64,000 bases of DNA from Promethearchaeota archaeon. GTDB lineage: Archaea > Asgardarchaeota > Thorarchaeia > Thorarchaeales > Thorarchaeaceae. Made by a program: the position numbers and the translations under genes. Below are positions 9,506 through 17,891 of the stretch, piece after piece. Below the pieces are notes generated by a model. That model had not been told where the DNA came from. It was given only the letters and a program-made list of their open reading frames with translations, and did not search any database. The stretch is from contig WJIL01000068.1 of the NCBI GenBank assembly GCA_014730275.1, positions 19,324 to 83,323 of the forward strand, given 5' to 3'. Positions within the stretch are counted from its first letter, which is position 1. Each line of letters starts with the position of its first letter.

Positions 9506-9715
9506 GGTCTTTCACCTAAGAGCTGAAGTCCTACGTAGGATTTAGAAGCGCTCGCTCCCAGCTATTAAAGATTACACGGAATGTTCTGCACTAGTTCGTC
9601 AAGATTCTATTATGTCACATAGTCTTAGTGTTTGAGCGAGTCTGCTCAGAATTTGAGTCATCACTCTTTTTAGTGAATAATAACCGAAAATCGGGAAGCC
9701 GATACTCAGGATGGA

Positions 9716-10075
9716 GTGCTAGCAGTGAAGAAAATCGGAACAGGTCAGATATCACTTGACGTTCGAGCCGAAGGCGAAATCAGGTACATCACGTCTGTGC
9801 AAGAAGTTGTTGAGCTTTGGAAAGAAGGAGCAGAAGGGAAAATCGCTCTTGTGGATGATGCAGGAACTACGACACTATCACCTGTCCTTTCAAAACTTGC
9901 TGGCGTTGTGTGTACATCAGGTGGGCTTGGCTCTCATCTCGCTATAGTGACAAGGGAATTTGATATACCAGCATTGATGGGGTTAGAACTAGAAAATCCA
10001 GAGTTGTTGGACAAATCGCGCGTTGCAATTGAGCCAGATGGTGGTACATCAGGTACATTGATTTCATTGGAATGA
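9716..10075 (+). CDS. stand-alone PEP-utilising enzyme mobile (phospho-His swivel) domain protein
   Basis: 119 aa with CTSGGLGSHLAIVTREFDIPALMG, the GG-x-x-SH-x-AI-x-x-RE-x-x-IP catalytic His motif. Confidence 0.85.
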   Translation: MLAVKKIGTGQISLDVRAEGEIRYITSVQEVVELWKEGAEGKIALVDDAGTTTLSPVLSKLAGVVCTSGGLGSHLAIVTREFDIPALMGLELENPELLDKSRVAIEPDGGTSGTLISLE

Positions 10076-10102
10076 GGGCTGGGTTGTATATCATTACCAT
10101 AC

Positions 10103-11113
10103 ATGAAAGAGTTGCAGAACACAATGGGAAACTTGGATAGAGTAAGAGAATCTGGCATTGTTCCAATCAGCGGAATTCCCCAATCCGAAAGCGAAAGATA
10201 TGGTGGGAAAGCCGCAAATCTTGCTCGTCTTCAGAGAATGGGCATAAATGTACCAGAGGGTTTCTCAGTTCCGAGTAGTGTATTCACTGATGTGGTCATA
10301 TCGAATCTTGAAGCTCAAAACCTAATCAGAACCATAAGCGATTCTAATGACATTGATGCAATCCTCACGTATACTGCTAATTTGCGGAGAATTATAGAGA
10401 ATATTGAGATCCCAGAGGGGGCACGCTCAGAGATTCTGGGAGCATATAGGAAGCTGAGGGAGAAATCTAACTTAGAAGAGCCAAAATTTGCCATTCGTTC
10501 TTCCGCTACCGTCGAAGACAGGGATGATTTTTCTTTCGCGGGGCAAGCACGGAGTTTTCTCTGTGTCTCAAAAGAGGAGGATATTCTTGAGTGCATCAAA
10601 GGAGTTTGGGCATCAGCGTTCACACCAGAAGCCGTTTTCTATTTGCGTGATAATAATGTGTCTCTATCAAAAGCAAGAATGGCTACGGTAGTTCAGGAAG
10701 TAATTCCAGCAGAAGTATCAGGGGTGATGTTTACGGTGAATGTAATTTCGAAGAATACTGAGCAACTTCTACTGAACGCTACATGGGGGCTTGGTGAAAC
10801 GCTGGTTTCAGGGAAGGTAGTCCCCGATACGTACGTGGTTGGAAAAAAGAATCTAAATCTAGTGGAGCAAAGAATGGGGTCCAAAAAGAGAATGTGTATT
10901 CCCGAAGGGTCCGAAAATGGTGAGTATACCAAGATTGTTGAAACACCACAATCAAAGAGAGATAGATATTCACTGTCCCACAGGGAAATCAAGAATATTT
11001 CTCAAATCGGGCTTCAAATCGAACGGTATTTCGAATCAGCTCAGGACATAGAGTGGTGTCTCATCGATGGCGATATAGCCATCGTTCAAAGCCGGCCGAT
11101 AACCACAATCTAA
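10103..11113 (+). CDS. PEP synthase / pyruvate phosphate dikinase N-terminal ATP-grasp (PPDK_N) domain protein
   Basis: 336 aa. YGGKAANLARLQRMGINVPEGF, AIRSSATVEDRDDFSFAGQ and DIEWCL...IVQSRPIT are typical of the nucleotide-binding domain. No TIM-barrel PEP/pyruvate domain is present. Confidence 0.85.
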   Translation: MKELQNTMGNLDRVRESGIVPISGIPQSESERYGGKAANLARLQRMGINVPEGFSVPSSVFTDVVISNLEAQNLIRTISDSNDIDAILTYTANLRRIIENIEIPEGARSEILGAYRKLREKSNLEEPKFAIRSSATVEDRDDFSFAGQARSFLCVSKEEDILECIKGVWASAFTPEAVFYLRDNNVSLSKARMATVVQEVIPAEVSGVMFTVNVISKNTEQLLLNATWGLGETLVSGKVVPDTYVVGKKNLNLVEQRMGSKKRMCIPEGSENGEYTKIVETPQSKRDRYSLSHREIKNISQIGLQIERYFESAQDIEWCLIDGDIAIVQSRPITTI

Positions 11114-11406
11114 TACTCTTGTGTCATCATGTGAAGTGATTCGCCGGGCTTGACTGTAATCGCATTCTCGGGGCAAACTTCAACACATTTCATACAACCC
11201 ATACACAGTGAAGGCCAGACAGGGGTAATCTTCCACCGCTCCGGATTATAGGGATCGGGGTGGTCTTCAAGTGTGGGATGCATCAGGAATACTGCAGGAT
11301 CGCATATTTGGAGGCACTTCTTACATTCCCGCGGGTCAACATTCACACCCTCTTCGTAGCCACATTTGCTGTAGTCTATTGTGATTTCTGTCCTTGCCAT
11401 ATTCAT
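11110..11406 (-). CDS. small ferredoxin-like 4Fe-4S protein
   Basis: 98 aa. CMGCMKCVEVCPENAI motif plus additional Cys (CKKCLQICDP). Confidence 0.65.
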   Translation of the reverse strand: MNMARTEITIDYSKCGYEEGVNVDPRECKKCLQICDPAVFLMHPTLEDHPDPYNPERWKITPVWPSLCMGCMKCVEVCPENAITVKPGESLHMMTQEY

Positions 11407-11412
11407 TCCTCC

Positions 11413-12276
11413 TTAGTAGTTACCTGCCTGACCAGGAACCTCTTCCCGAGGAACCAGTTTGAGCGCATCGAAGTTACAGGCGTGTCTACATACTCCGCAA
11501 CCAAAGCATTTGTCCAAATCGACAATGACTCGATCTATGGAAGGTAAGTATCGAAGAGCGTTGAACTGACACATCTTGACGCATTCACCGCATCCCTCAC
11601 ACAAGTCAGGATCAATACTGATGACATACTCAGCTTTGTAGACCGTCTTGAGCCCGAAGTCATTTCGGAGACGCAAGCCACCACATTCAGGGCTTTCACA
11701 AGAACAAATTGCATTGATATACGGTACTGGCTGGAACCAAACTGATGCCACGTATCCCTTTTTGTTGTGCTCTTCAAGAGCTTCGATGGCTTCTTCACGA
11801 TCCAACTGCCATTTCTCATCAACCGGGATATATCGTTCCAATTTCGGAATAATCTCACTCAAGGAACCGAAATTGATGCATACAGAATCTTTTACCCCTC
11901 GCTGCATGTACCTACAAAGACAGTAGTTCTTGATAATGGTCGGAGCAGCCAAGTTTCCAAGAATATGCTGTGCGTCTTCCATGGGAATGACCTGTCCGAA
12001 GTGCCCATCTCCACGAATCGGGTTTCGGCTGTGTGATTCATTGTGAATCTGTCGTTCAGCTGCAGCCCGTACAATACGGCCTATTATGGGCATCTGCATT
12101 TTGTATCCGAGTCCTACAGAGTTGAAACCCATAATCTTGCGAATGAATAATTGTTCCATGTATTTCCATTGTTCTTCGAGATACGGCTTCATTTGTTCGC
12201 CCAGTTTCTCAGAGTAGTTAGCGGCGTTCAGGTACCACTTTTTTCCCGCGCCGTGTTTGAAGCACCATTGGCACAC
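11413..12276 (-). CDS. Cys-rich protein with C-terminal 2x[4Fe-4S] ferredoxin domain
   Basis: 287 aa. N-terminal MCQWC. Central Cys cluster (CSCESPECGG). C-terminal CEGCGECVKMC and CFGCGVCRHAC. Confidence 0.65.
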   Translation of the reverse strand: MCQWCFKHGAGKKWYLNAANYSEKLGEQMKPYLEEQWKYMEQLFIRKIMGFNSVGLGYKMQMPIIGRIVRAAAERQIHNESHSRNPIRGDGHFGQVIPMEDAQHILGNLAAPTIIKNYCLCRYMQRGVKDSVCINFGSLSEIIPKLERYIPVDEKWQLDREEAIEALEEHNKKGYVASVWFQPVPYINAICSCESPECGGLRLRNDFGLKTVYKAEYVISIDPDLCEGCGECVKMCQFNALRYLPSIDRVIVDLDKCFGCGVCRHACNFDALKLVPREEVPGQAGNY

Positions 12277-12401
12277 TGTGGTTCAAATCTCCTTAGTAGA
12301 AGTAGTAGGCCTAGAAGGGGGATATAAGCATCCCGAGTATGTAGTGAATTTCTTCGACAAAATGCGAAGTTCTACTGGAGACTATCAGAAAGGGCAAGGA
12401 T

Positions 12402-13118
12402 TCAGAGGGGAGTGGATCCGAAGCGACGATCTGCAACTGCGACGTGTTCGCTGTACAACCAAAGCATCATTGAAGAGACATGCCATGCCATCATGACGTC
12501 CATATCCAATCGAACTACTTCATCGAATAATTCTACTGTTTCTCTAGCCAAATCCCCGTGTGGGAATGCTCCCACACCGAATATTACAGATTTGGATGAA
12601 TCTTCTGGAATCATGGCCTTCAGTCGGCGGGGGGTAATCTTCGTTCCCTCTTCCTCAGCCAGAATCGACATAGAGGAATCACCCTTCAAATCAGCGAGAA
12701 GTCCTTCAAGATCCAATTGTGTTATCCTCAACAATGGATCGCCCCGTGGAGGGACTTGTCCTTCGACCAGTAGCTGCTCCATCAACCCAATGAATCGGTC
12801 GTAGTTACGCGGAAGGCGAACCTCTGGGTTTACCTCTATAATCCGTCCATCCTGTAGATGGATATATACTGAGAGAAGTCCTTCCTTGCACAACGGGGTC
12901 TCAAGTACTGAAATAAGGGTGAGGAAGGTGATATCTGGACGACCCCGCTTCTCATGATTTGGCAATCGAGTCATAACCCGGCCATGATAACTCTGATCTA
13001 GCAAAACCTCGTCCGGTTTTTTTCCTCTCTTTCCAGCATAGCTTTGAACATCCTTTAGTGCAGTAAGCCGACCCGGTACAAGTTCAATTGCACTCTCCAA
13101 CAGTATCAGGTGAAGCAT
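12402..13118 (-). CDS. nep1: ribosome biogenesis rRNA pseudouridine-N1 methyltransferase Nep1/EMG1
   Basis: MLHLILLESAIELVP... and GRPDITFLTLISVLETPLCKEGLLSVYIHLQDGRIIEVNPEVRLPRNYDRFIGLMEQLL align closely with the conserved EMG1 core. Confidence 0.85.
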   Translation of the reverse strand: MLHLILLESAIELVPGRLTALKDVQSYAGKRGKKPDEVLLDQSYHGRVMTRLPNHEKRGRPDITFLTLISVLETPLCKEGLLSVYIHLQDGRIIEVNPEVRLPRNYDRFIGLMEQLLVEGQVPPRGDPLLRITQLDLEGLLADLKGDSSMSILAEEEGTKITPRRLKAMIPEDSSKSVIFGVGAFPHGDLARETVELFDEVVRLDMDVMMAWHVSSMMLWLYSEHVAVADRRFGSTPL

Positions 13119-13190
13119 CGTTACTCGATGTTGTGTACATTAGGAATGTTTTAAGCGATAGCAAAGACAACTCCTCCGTGGAGTAAACTC

Positions 13191-13517
13191 TTGATGGGAA
13201 GACGAATATCTAGGGGTCAACTGAGAAGGCTTGCGGAGAGCAGAATCCAAATTCTTTGGAAACAAGCCAAGGATGTAGCTAAAGAGAACCCAGACTTGGC
13301 AAGAGATTATGTTAGCACTGCCAAAAAAATCGCCCAAAAGGCGCGAATAAGTCTTCCACAAAGAATCACCAGACGTATCTGTAAGGAATGTAATTCGGTG
13401 CTTGTGCCAGGTAGAACTGTACGGTTCCGCGTCAGAAACAATCGCAGTACGCATCTGACAGTAACCTGTTTACATTGTGGGGCTGTTAGGCGTCTTCCTG
13501 TCACAAACCAAACTTAA
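13191..13517 (+). CDS. rnp4: RNase P protein component 4 (Rpp21/Rpr2)
   Basis: 108 aa. Helical N-terminus plus zinc ribbon CKECNSVL...TCLHCGAVRR. Confidence 0.85.
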   Translation: MMGRRISRGQLRRLAESRIQILWKQAKDVAKENPDLARDYVSTAKKIAQKARISLPQRITRRICKECNSVLVPGRTVRFRVRNNRSTHLTVTCLHCGAVRRLPVTNQT

Positions 13518-13541
13518 TCAGGACGCAGGCACGCAGGTTAT

Positions 13542-13829
13542 ATGATGGTAATGACGCACCAGAAGGAACCAGATGAATATTCCATAGGTCTTGCATGGCA
13601 AGAACCTGCCCTCCTTCAAATAGGAAAATCAGGACTGTCAGAAGGAGTAGTAAAGGAAGCAAAAAGGCTACTGAAGAGCCATGAGTATGTCAAGCTACGA
13701 TTGCTTCGAAGTGCACGCGCACAAGCTGACTCTCAAAAAGAAATACTCAAGAGCCTATGCGAAGAAACTGGTGCTACCCTCATAGGTACCAGAGGGCATA
13801 CGGGCCTGATTTACAAGAGTCGAAAGTAA
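13542..13829 (+). CDS. YhbY/CRM-domain RNA-binding protein
   Basis: 95 aa. LQIGKSGLSEGVVKEAKRLLKSHEYVKLRLL...GHTGLIYK is the CRS1/YhbY pattern. Confidence 0.7.
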   Translation: MMVMTHQKEPDEYSIGLAWQEPALLQIGKSGLSEGVVKEAKRLLKSHEYVKLRLLRSARAQADSQKEILKSLCEETGATLIGTRGHTGLIYKSRK

Positions 13830-13932
13830 AAGCTTTTATTTGCACTCTAAAGTTGCGATTTCAGGCTTTTGAGTTAGCCCATCGGCCCAGTTAGGATGCG
13901 GTGCCCCTCAAACAAAATGGAGAGAAACAAAA

Positions 13933-14385
13933 TTGCCTACAGTCTACGATATTCCCGCAAATATCCTCATAGAGAGACTCTCGGAGGAACTCAAATCAAG
14001 AGACGAAATTGGACCTCCAGAGTGGTCGTACTATGTCAAGACGGGGGTACATAAAGAGAGATCTCCCGATGACCCAGATTGGTGGTACACACGCTGTGCG
14101 GCCGTACTACGAAAAGTCTACCTAGACGGACCTATAGGCACTGAAAAACTTAGAATCCATTTTGGTGGAAAAAGGAGAAACGGAAGCAGACCTAACAAAT
14201 TCAGTAAAGGTAGTGGTTCAATCATCAGGAACGTACTTCAACAGCTTGAGAAAGCTGATTTGGTTGAAAAAGAGAAAGGAGAAGGAAGGGTCGTAACCAG
14301 CATGGGTCACTCGTACTTAGATCGGCTTTCGGCGGTTATAAAGAAAGAATTGGAGAAAGCCATTCCTGAACTAGAGAACTATTAA
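13933..14385 (+). CDS. rps19e: 30S ribosomal protein eS19
   Basis: TTG start. VYDIPANILIERLSEELK...PEWSYYVKTGVHKERSPDDPDWWYTRCAAVLRKVYLDGPIG. Confidence 0.9.
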   Translation: MPTVYDIPANILIERLSEELKSRDEIGPPEWSYYVKTGVHKERSPDDPDWWYTRCAAVLRKVYLDGPIGTEKLRIHFGGKRRNGSRPNKFSKGSGSIIRNVLQQLEKADLVEKEKGEGRVVTSMGHSYLDRLSAVIKKELEKAIPELENY

Positions 14386-14409
14386 TCCTTGTATTGGTGT
14401 TGATAAACA

Positions 14410-14739
14410 ATGAGTGATGATGAGCTTGAGGAAATTAGGCAGAAGAAGCTCGAAGCTCTAAAGGAGCAGGCTTCGCAAGAACAGGTACGCGAAGAACAAA
14501 TGGCTGAGGCTGAAGCGAAGAAACAGGCAATCCTTCGGCAAATCCTTACTCCAAAAGCCAGACAACGGCTCTCCAATATCAAACTGGTTAAACCTCAATT
14601 CGCTGAGCAAATCGAGCTTCAGTTGATTCAAATTGCGAGCTCAGGTAGGCTTAGAGGGAGAGTAGACGACGAAAAACTCAAATCGCTTCTGAAGCAGCTC
14701 CAAGGCAAAGGAAGAGAGAGAAAAATCAAATTCAGATGA
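14410..14739 (+). CDS. PDCD5/TFAR19-like DNA-binding protein
   Basis: 109 aa. [34 protein letters not shown]. It occupies the conserved position between eS19 and eL39. Confidence 0.85.
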   Translation: MSDDELEEIRQKKLEALKEQASQEQVREEQMAEAEAKKQAILRQILTPKARQRLSNIKLVKPQFAEQIELQLIQIASSGRLRGRVDDEKLKSLLKQLQGKGRERKIKFR

Positions 14740-14761
14740 ATGTAAAATCAAGGTGTTTCAA

Positions 14762-14917
14762 ATGGCAAGAAACAAACCACTCGGAAAGAAACTGAGAATG
14801 GCAAAGGCAATGAAGTCCAATAGCTCGGTTCCTACATGGGTAATCCTCAAGACTGACGGAAAGGTACGAAGAACGCCCTCTCAAAGGAACTGGCGACGGA
14901 CTAAACTGAAACCGTAA
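14762..14917 (+). CDS. rpl39e: 50S ribosomal protein eL39
   Basis: Hand-translated; absent from the ORF track because it is under 60 aa. [55 protein letters not shown] Shine-Dalgarno-like motif 7 nt upstream. Confidence 0.9.
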   Translation: MARNKPLGKKLRMAKAMKSNSSVPTWVILKTDGKVRRTPSQRNWRRTKLKP

Positions 14918-14932
14918 CAGGGGATGTAGATA

Positions 14933-15466
14933 TTGAGTCCACCGGAAGAAGCTTCAGGAGATGAATCTCCAGCAGAAGAAGAATTAGAAATCGAGGAAAC
15001 AGAAGAACTCGAAGACGAAGAGCTGGAAGATTTCGAAGACCTAGATTTGGAAGATGAAGATCTCGAAGATTTGGGCCTAGAAGACGAAGAAATGGGCGAT
15101 CTCGATGAGATTGAAGGGTTAGAAGATATTGAAGCCCCAGTTGAAGAAATCGAGGGCGAGATAGAAGAAGAACTCGAACCAACGGAAGAAGTGCTTCCGG
15201 AAGAAGAGATTATCGATGAGCGAATTTACACTGTTCCCCTCCGGAAAGTGTACTGGACTGGTAGTAAACGCAAGAGAGCAAATAGAGCGGTTAAGGAAGT
15301 CAAGCAGTTTGTAGACCGACATATGAAACCTGACTTTCTGCTCATTGAACAAGAGGTAAACCAGAAGATTTGGTCTCGTGGAATCGAGAAACCACCTAGG
15401 AAACTCAGGATAAGAGCAACAAAAAATGCAGAGAATCTTGTTAGAGTATATCTTGCAGAGGGGTAA
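14933..15466 (+). CDS. rpl31e: 50S ribosomal protein eL31, apparently with a ~90-aa polyacidic N-terminal extension
   Basis: The C-terminal 85 aa (ERIYTVPLRKVYWTGSKRKRANRAVKEVKQF...LRIRATK) are canonical eL31. The ORF opens at TTG 14933 behind a GGGGAT SD-like motif. An alternative GTG at ~15190 would give a normal-length protein. Confidence 0.85.
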   Translation: MSPPEEASGDESPAEEELEIEETEELEDEELEDFEDLDLEDEDLEDLGLEDEEMGDLDEIEGLEDIEAPVEEIEGEIEEELEPTEEVLPEEEIIDERIYTVPLRKVYWTGSKRKRANRAVKEVKQFVDRHMKPDFLLIEQEVNQKIWSRGIEKPPRKLRIRATKNAENLVRVYLAEG

Positions 15467-15472
15467 ACCAAA

Positions 15473-16138
15473 ATGATCGCCCGGCTTAATTTTGAGGGCG
15501 ATCCTAACGTAGGCGCATTCGCACTGACAACGGATAGGATGGTTTTCACATCACCGAATATGTCACCCAAATCATTGGATGCCATTGAACGTATCTTCAA
15601 TTTGCCTTTGATTCAATCAACTGTTTCCACAACTGATGCTGTGGGTTTCTTTACAGCTGCGAATTCATCTGGTATCCTATTACCATATACTATTACAGAT
15701 GAAGAACTGGAGACGATTAAGGACTCTACAGATCTCCCTGTGGAGTGGATTGATAGCAAAATGACAGCCCTAGGTAATATCATTCTCTGTAATGACAAAG
15801 GTGCAATTTGTCATCCAGGCTTTGATGATTCAGCAAGACAAACCATGGAAGATATACTGGATGTGGAAGTAGTTCCAAGTGAGATTGCTAACCTTCCAAT
15901 TGTCGGAGCTACTACAGTTGCAACAAATGTAGGAGCAGTAACTCATCCTTTGGCCACTGAAGAAGAGGTTCAGCAAATATCCGAGATATTAAAAGTGCAA
16001 TGTGAAGTGGCGACAGTAAACAGAGGAAGCCCTTACACAAGTCTAGGTGTTTTGGCAAACTCGGACAGCATGATTACAGGCTCCGATACAACAGGTGTCG
16101 AGCTAGCGCATCTAAGTCAGGTATTAGGTTTCGTGTAA
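15473..16138 (+). CDS. eif6: translation initiation factor 6 (aIF6)
   Basis: 221 aa. MIARLNFEGDPNVGAFALTTD... with the pentein repeat pattern. Confidence 0.9.
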   Translation: MIARLNFEGDPNVGAFALTTDRMVFTSPNMSPKSLDAIERIFNLPLIQSTVSTTDAVGFFTAANSSGILLPYTITDEELETIKDSTDLPVEWIDSKMTALGNIILCNDKGAICHPGFDDSARQTMEDILDVEVVPSEIANLPIVGATTVATNVGAVTHPLATEEEVQQISEILKVQCEVATVNRGSPYTSLGVLANSDSMITGSDTTGVELAHLSQVLGFV

Positions 16139-16150
16139 GCATAAAACAAG

Positions 16151-16405
16151 GTGATTTTAGTGAGTCCAAAAGTTTGGCGCATAAAAGGAAAGTACAACAA
16201 GAAAGGTAGGACATTTCGCTTTGAGAAAGAAATGATAGCACCAAAGCCGTCTCATGTTGAGGAGAAGCTTCTCTCCGAATTAGGTAGTCGGCACAGAGTA
16301 AAAAGAAGGAGTATCGATATTTCTGAAATCGAAGAAGTCGAACCAGAGGAAGTCACTGATTTGGAAATTAGAAGGATACTGGGCGTAGAGAGTGAATTCG
16401 AATGA
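16151..16405 (+). CDS. rplX: 50S ribosomal protein LX (eL20/L18Ae family)
   Basis: 84 aa. WRIKGKYNKKGRTFRFEKEMIAPKPSHVEEKLLSELGSRHRVKR. Conserved position after aIF6. Confidence 0.8.
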   Translation: MILVSPKVWRIKGKYNKKGRTFRFEKEMIAPKPSHVEEKLLSELGSRHRVKRRSIDISEIEEVEPEEVTDLEIRRILGVESEFE

Positions 16406-16839
16406 GTCAACAGGATAAGCAGGAACAACTTCAGCAATTATATGTGCAACAGCAGATGGCCGAGTCCAATGCCAACGCACTCCAAGAGCGTATCGAGTTG
16501 CTTCAGGCATATATGCAAGATTACAGATCAGGCCTTGAGGTTCTCAAAAAGATAGAAGATAAGGATGCAGGCGAAGATATGCTGATGAATATCGGAGGCA
16601 ATATTTTCGTTCGAGCTCGGTTATTGGATGCTGAAACGGTTATCCGTGAGGTTGGTAGCGGTGTTCGAATAGAGCAGGACGCTCAAGAAGCAAAAGCATC
16701 CGTTGAGGATTCATTGTCTCAGCTGCAGGAGCGGTCTGGTTCCCTATCCGCTCAATATGAGCAGCTGGTCACTCAAGCCCAAGCACTTAACGCCCAAATC
16801 AGACAAATGGTTGCTCAAATGCAGCAACTGGGGGAATAG
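16402..16839 (+). CDS. pfdA: prefoldin alpha subunit
   Basis: 145 aa. Coiled coil, beta-hairpin, coiled coil layout. Conserved position before ftsY. Confidence 0.8.
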   Translation: MSQQDKQEQLQQLYVQQQMAESNANALQERIELLQAYMQDYRSGLEVLKKIEDKDAGEDMLMNIGGNIFVRARLLDAETVIREVGSGVRIEQDAQEAKASVEDSLSQLQERSGSLSAQYEQLVTQAQALNAQIRQMVAQMQQLGE

Positions 16840-16843
16840 ATGT

Positions 16844-17749
16844 TTGTTTGACAAGCTCCGCAGCGCAATTGATACTGCAGTTACCAAGGCTACTACGAAA
16901 GAGCTAGATGAAGAGAACCTTTCTGACGCTGTGTGGGAGTTGCAGTTAGTACTCATACAGAATGATGTTGCTGTGGAGGTTGCTGAACGCATTTGTGAAT
17001 TAACAAAAAAAGAATTACTGGGAAAAAGAACTGGCAGACTCGAGAACCTCACGAAACTGTTCCAGGAAGCAGTCTATGATTCGGTGCTCGAAGTACTCGA
17101 ACCTGAAGAGCAACTTGATGTTTTGGAAGTCGTCAAGAAGCGAAAAGAAGAGGGAAAAAGTACAACGATTCTTTTCGTCGGTGTCAATGGTACAGGCAAA
17201 ACAACCACCCTTGCGAAGATGGGGCATTTCTTGAAAGAACGGGGTTTTTCCATTGTGATTGCAGCTGCCGATACATTTCGAGCCGGCAGTATAGAGCAGC
17301 TCCAAAGACATGCTGACCGGCTGGGAGTAAGAGTCATTAAGCAGGATTATGGAAGTGATGCTGCAGCAATTGCGTATGATGCTGTTGCACACGCTAAGGC
17401 AAAAGGTCTAGATGTAGTGCTTGTTGATACGGCTGGCCGAATGCAGAGTAACAAGAACCTGCTTGAAGAGATGAAGAAAATAGCCAGAGTCTCGGAACCA
17501 GACTTGAAACTTTTTGTCGGTGACGCTCTGGCAGGAAACGATGCAGCATCGCAAGCAAAGAAGTTCCACGAAGCAATCGGAATAGATGGTGCAATTCTAA
17601 CTAAAATCGACGCAGACCCATCGGGTGGGGCTGCATTATCAATTACATATGTTACTGGAAGACCGATTGTTTACGTCGGCGTTGGTCAAGAATACGAAGA
17701 TTTGAGAAGATTCAATCCGGAATGGTTTGCAGAGAGACTTGTTGGCTAG
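16844..17749 (+). CDS. ftsY: signal recognition particle receptor FtsY
   Basis: TTG at 16844 gives MFDKLRSAID... The NG domain has GVNGTGKTTT, DTAGR and TKIDA motifs. The longer ORF-track start (16703) overlaps prefoldin and was rejected. Confidence 0.9.
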   Translation: MFDKLRSAIDTAVTKATTKELDEENLSDAVWELQLVLIQNDVAVEVAERICELTKKELLGKRTGRLENLTKLFQEAVYDSVLEVLEPEEQLDVLEVVKKRKEEGKSTTILFVGVNGTGKTTTLAKMGHFLKERGFSIVIAAADTFRAGSIEQLQRHADRLGVRVIKQDYGSDAAAIAYDAVAHAKAKGLDVVLVDTAGRMQSNKNLLEEMKKIARVSEPDLKLFVGDALAGNDAASQAKKFHEAIGIDGAILTKIDADPSGGAALSITYVTGRPIVYVGVGQEYEDLRRFNPEWFAERLVG

Positions 17750-17891
17750 AACCGGATATGGACTCGTTGTTAAGGCAACCTAATTTCCCGCTTGGTACGA
17801 ACAATGTCACTGAAATTGACGATGTGAACATGTTTATTACTTTCTTGAAAGTTCATCCTGATTAGACGAAATTACTTCCGAGGTAATAACC

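Noticed and set aside
14940-15200. GAA/GAT-rich repetitive DNA considered as a tandem repeat or CRISPR-like array
   Set aside because: There is no fixed repeat unit or spacer structure. The periodicity is at the codon level (E/D/L codons) inside an open frame contiguous with eL31.
16703-16843. Upstream extension of the FtsY ORF (ORF-track start 16703)
   Set aside because: It overlaps the 3' third of the prefoldin alpha gene in another frame. The TTG at 16844 yields the typical MFDKL... FtsY N-terminus directly after the prefoldin stop.
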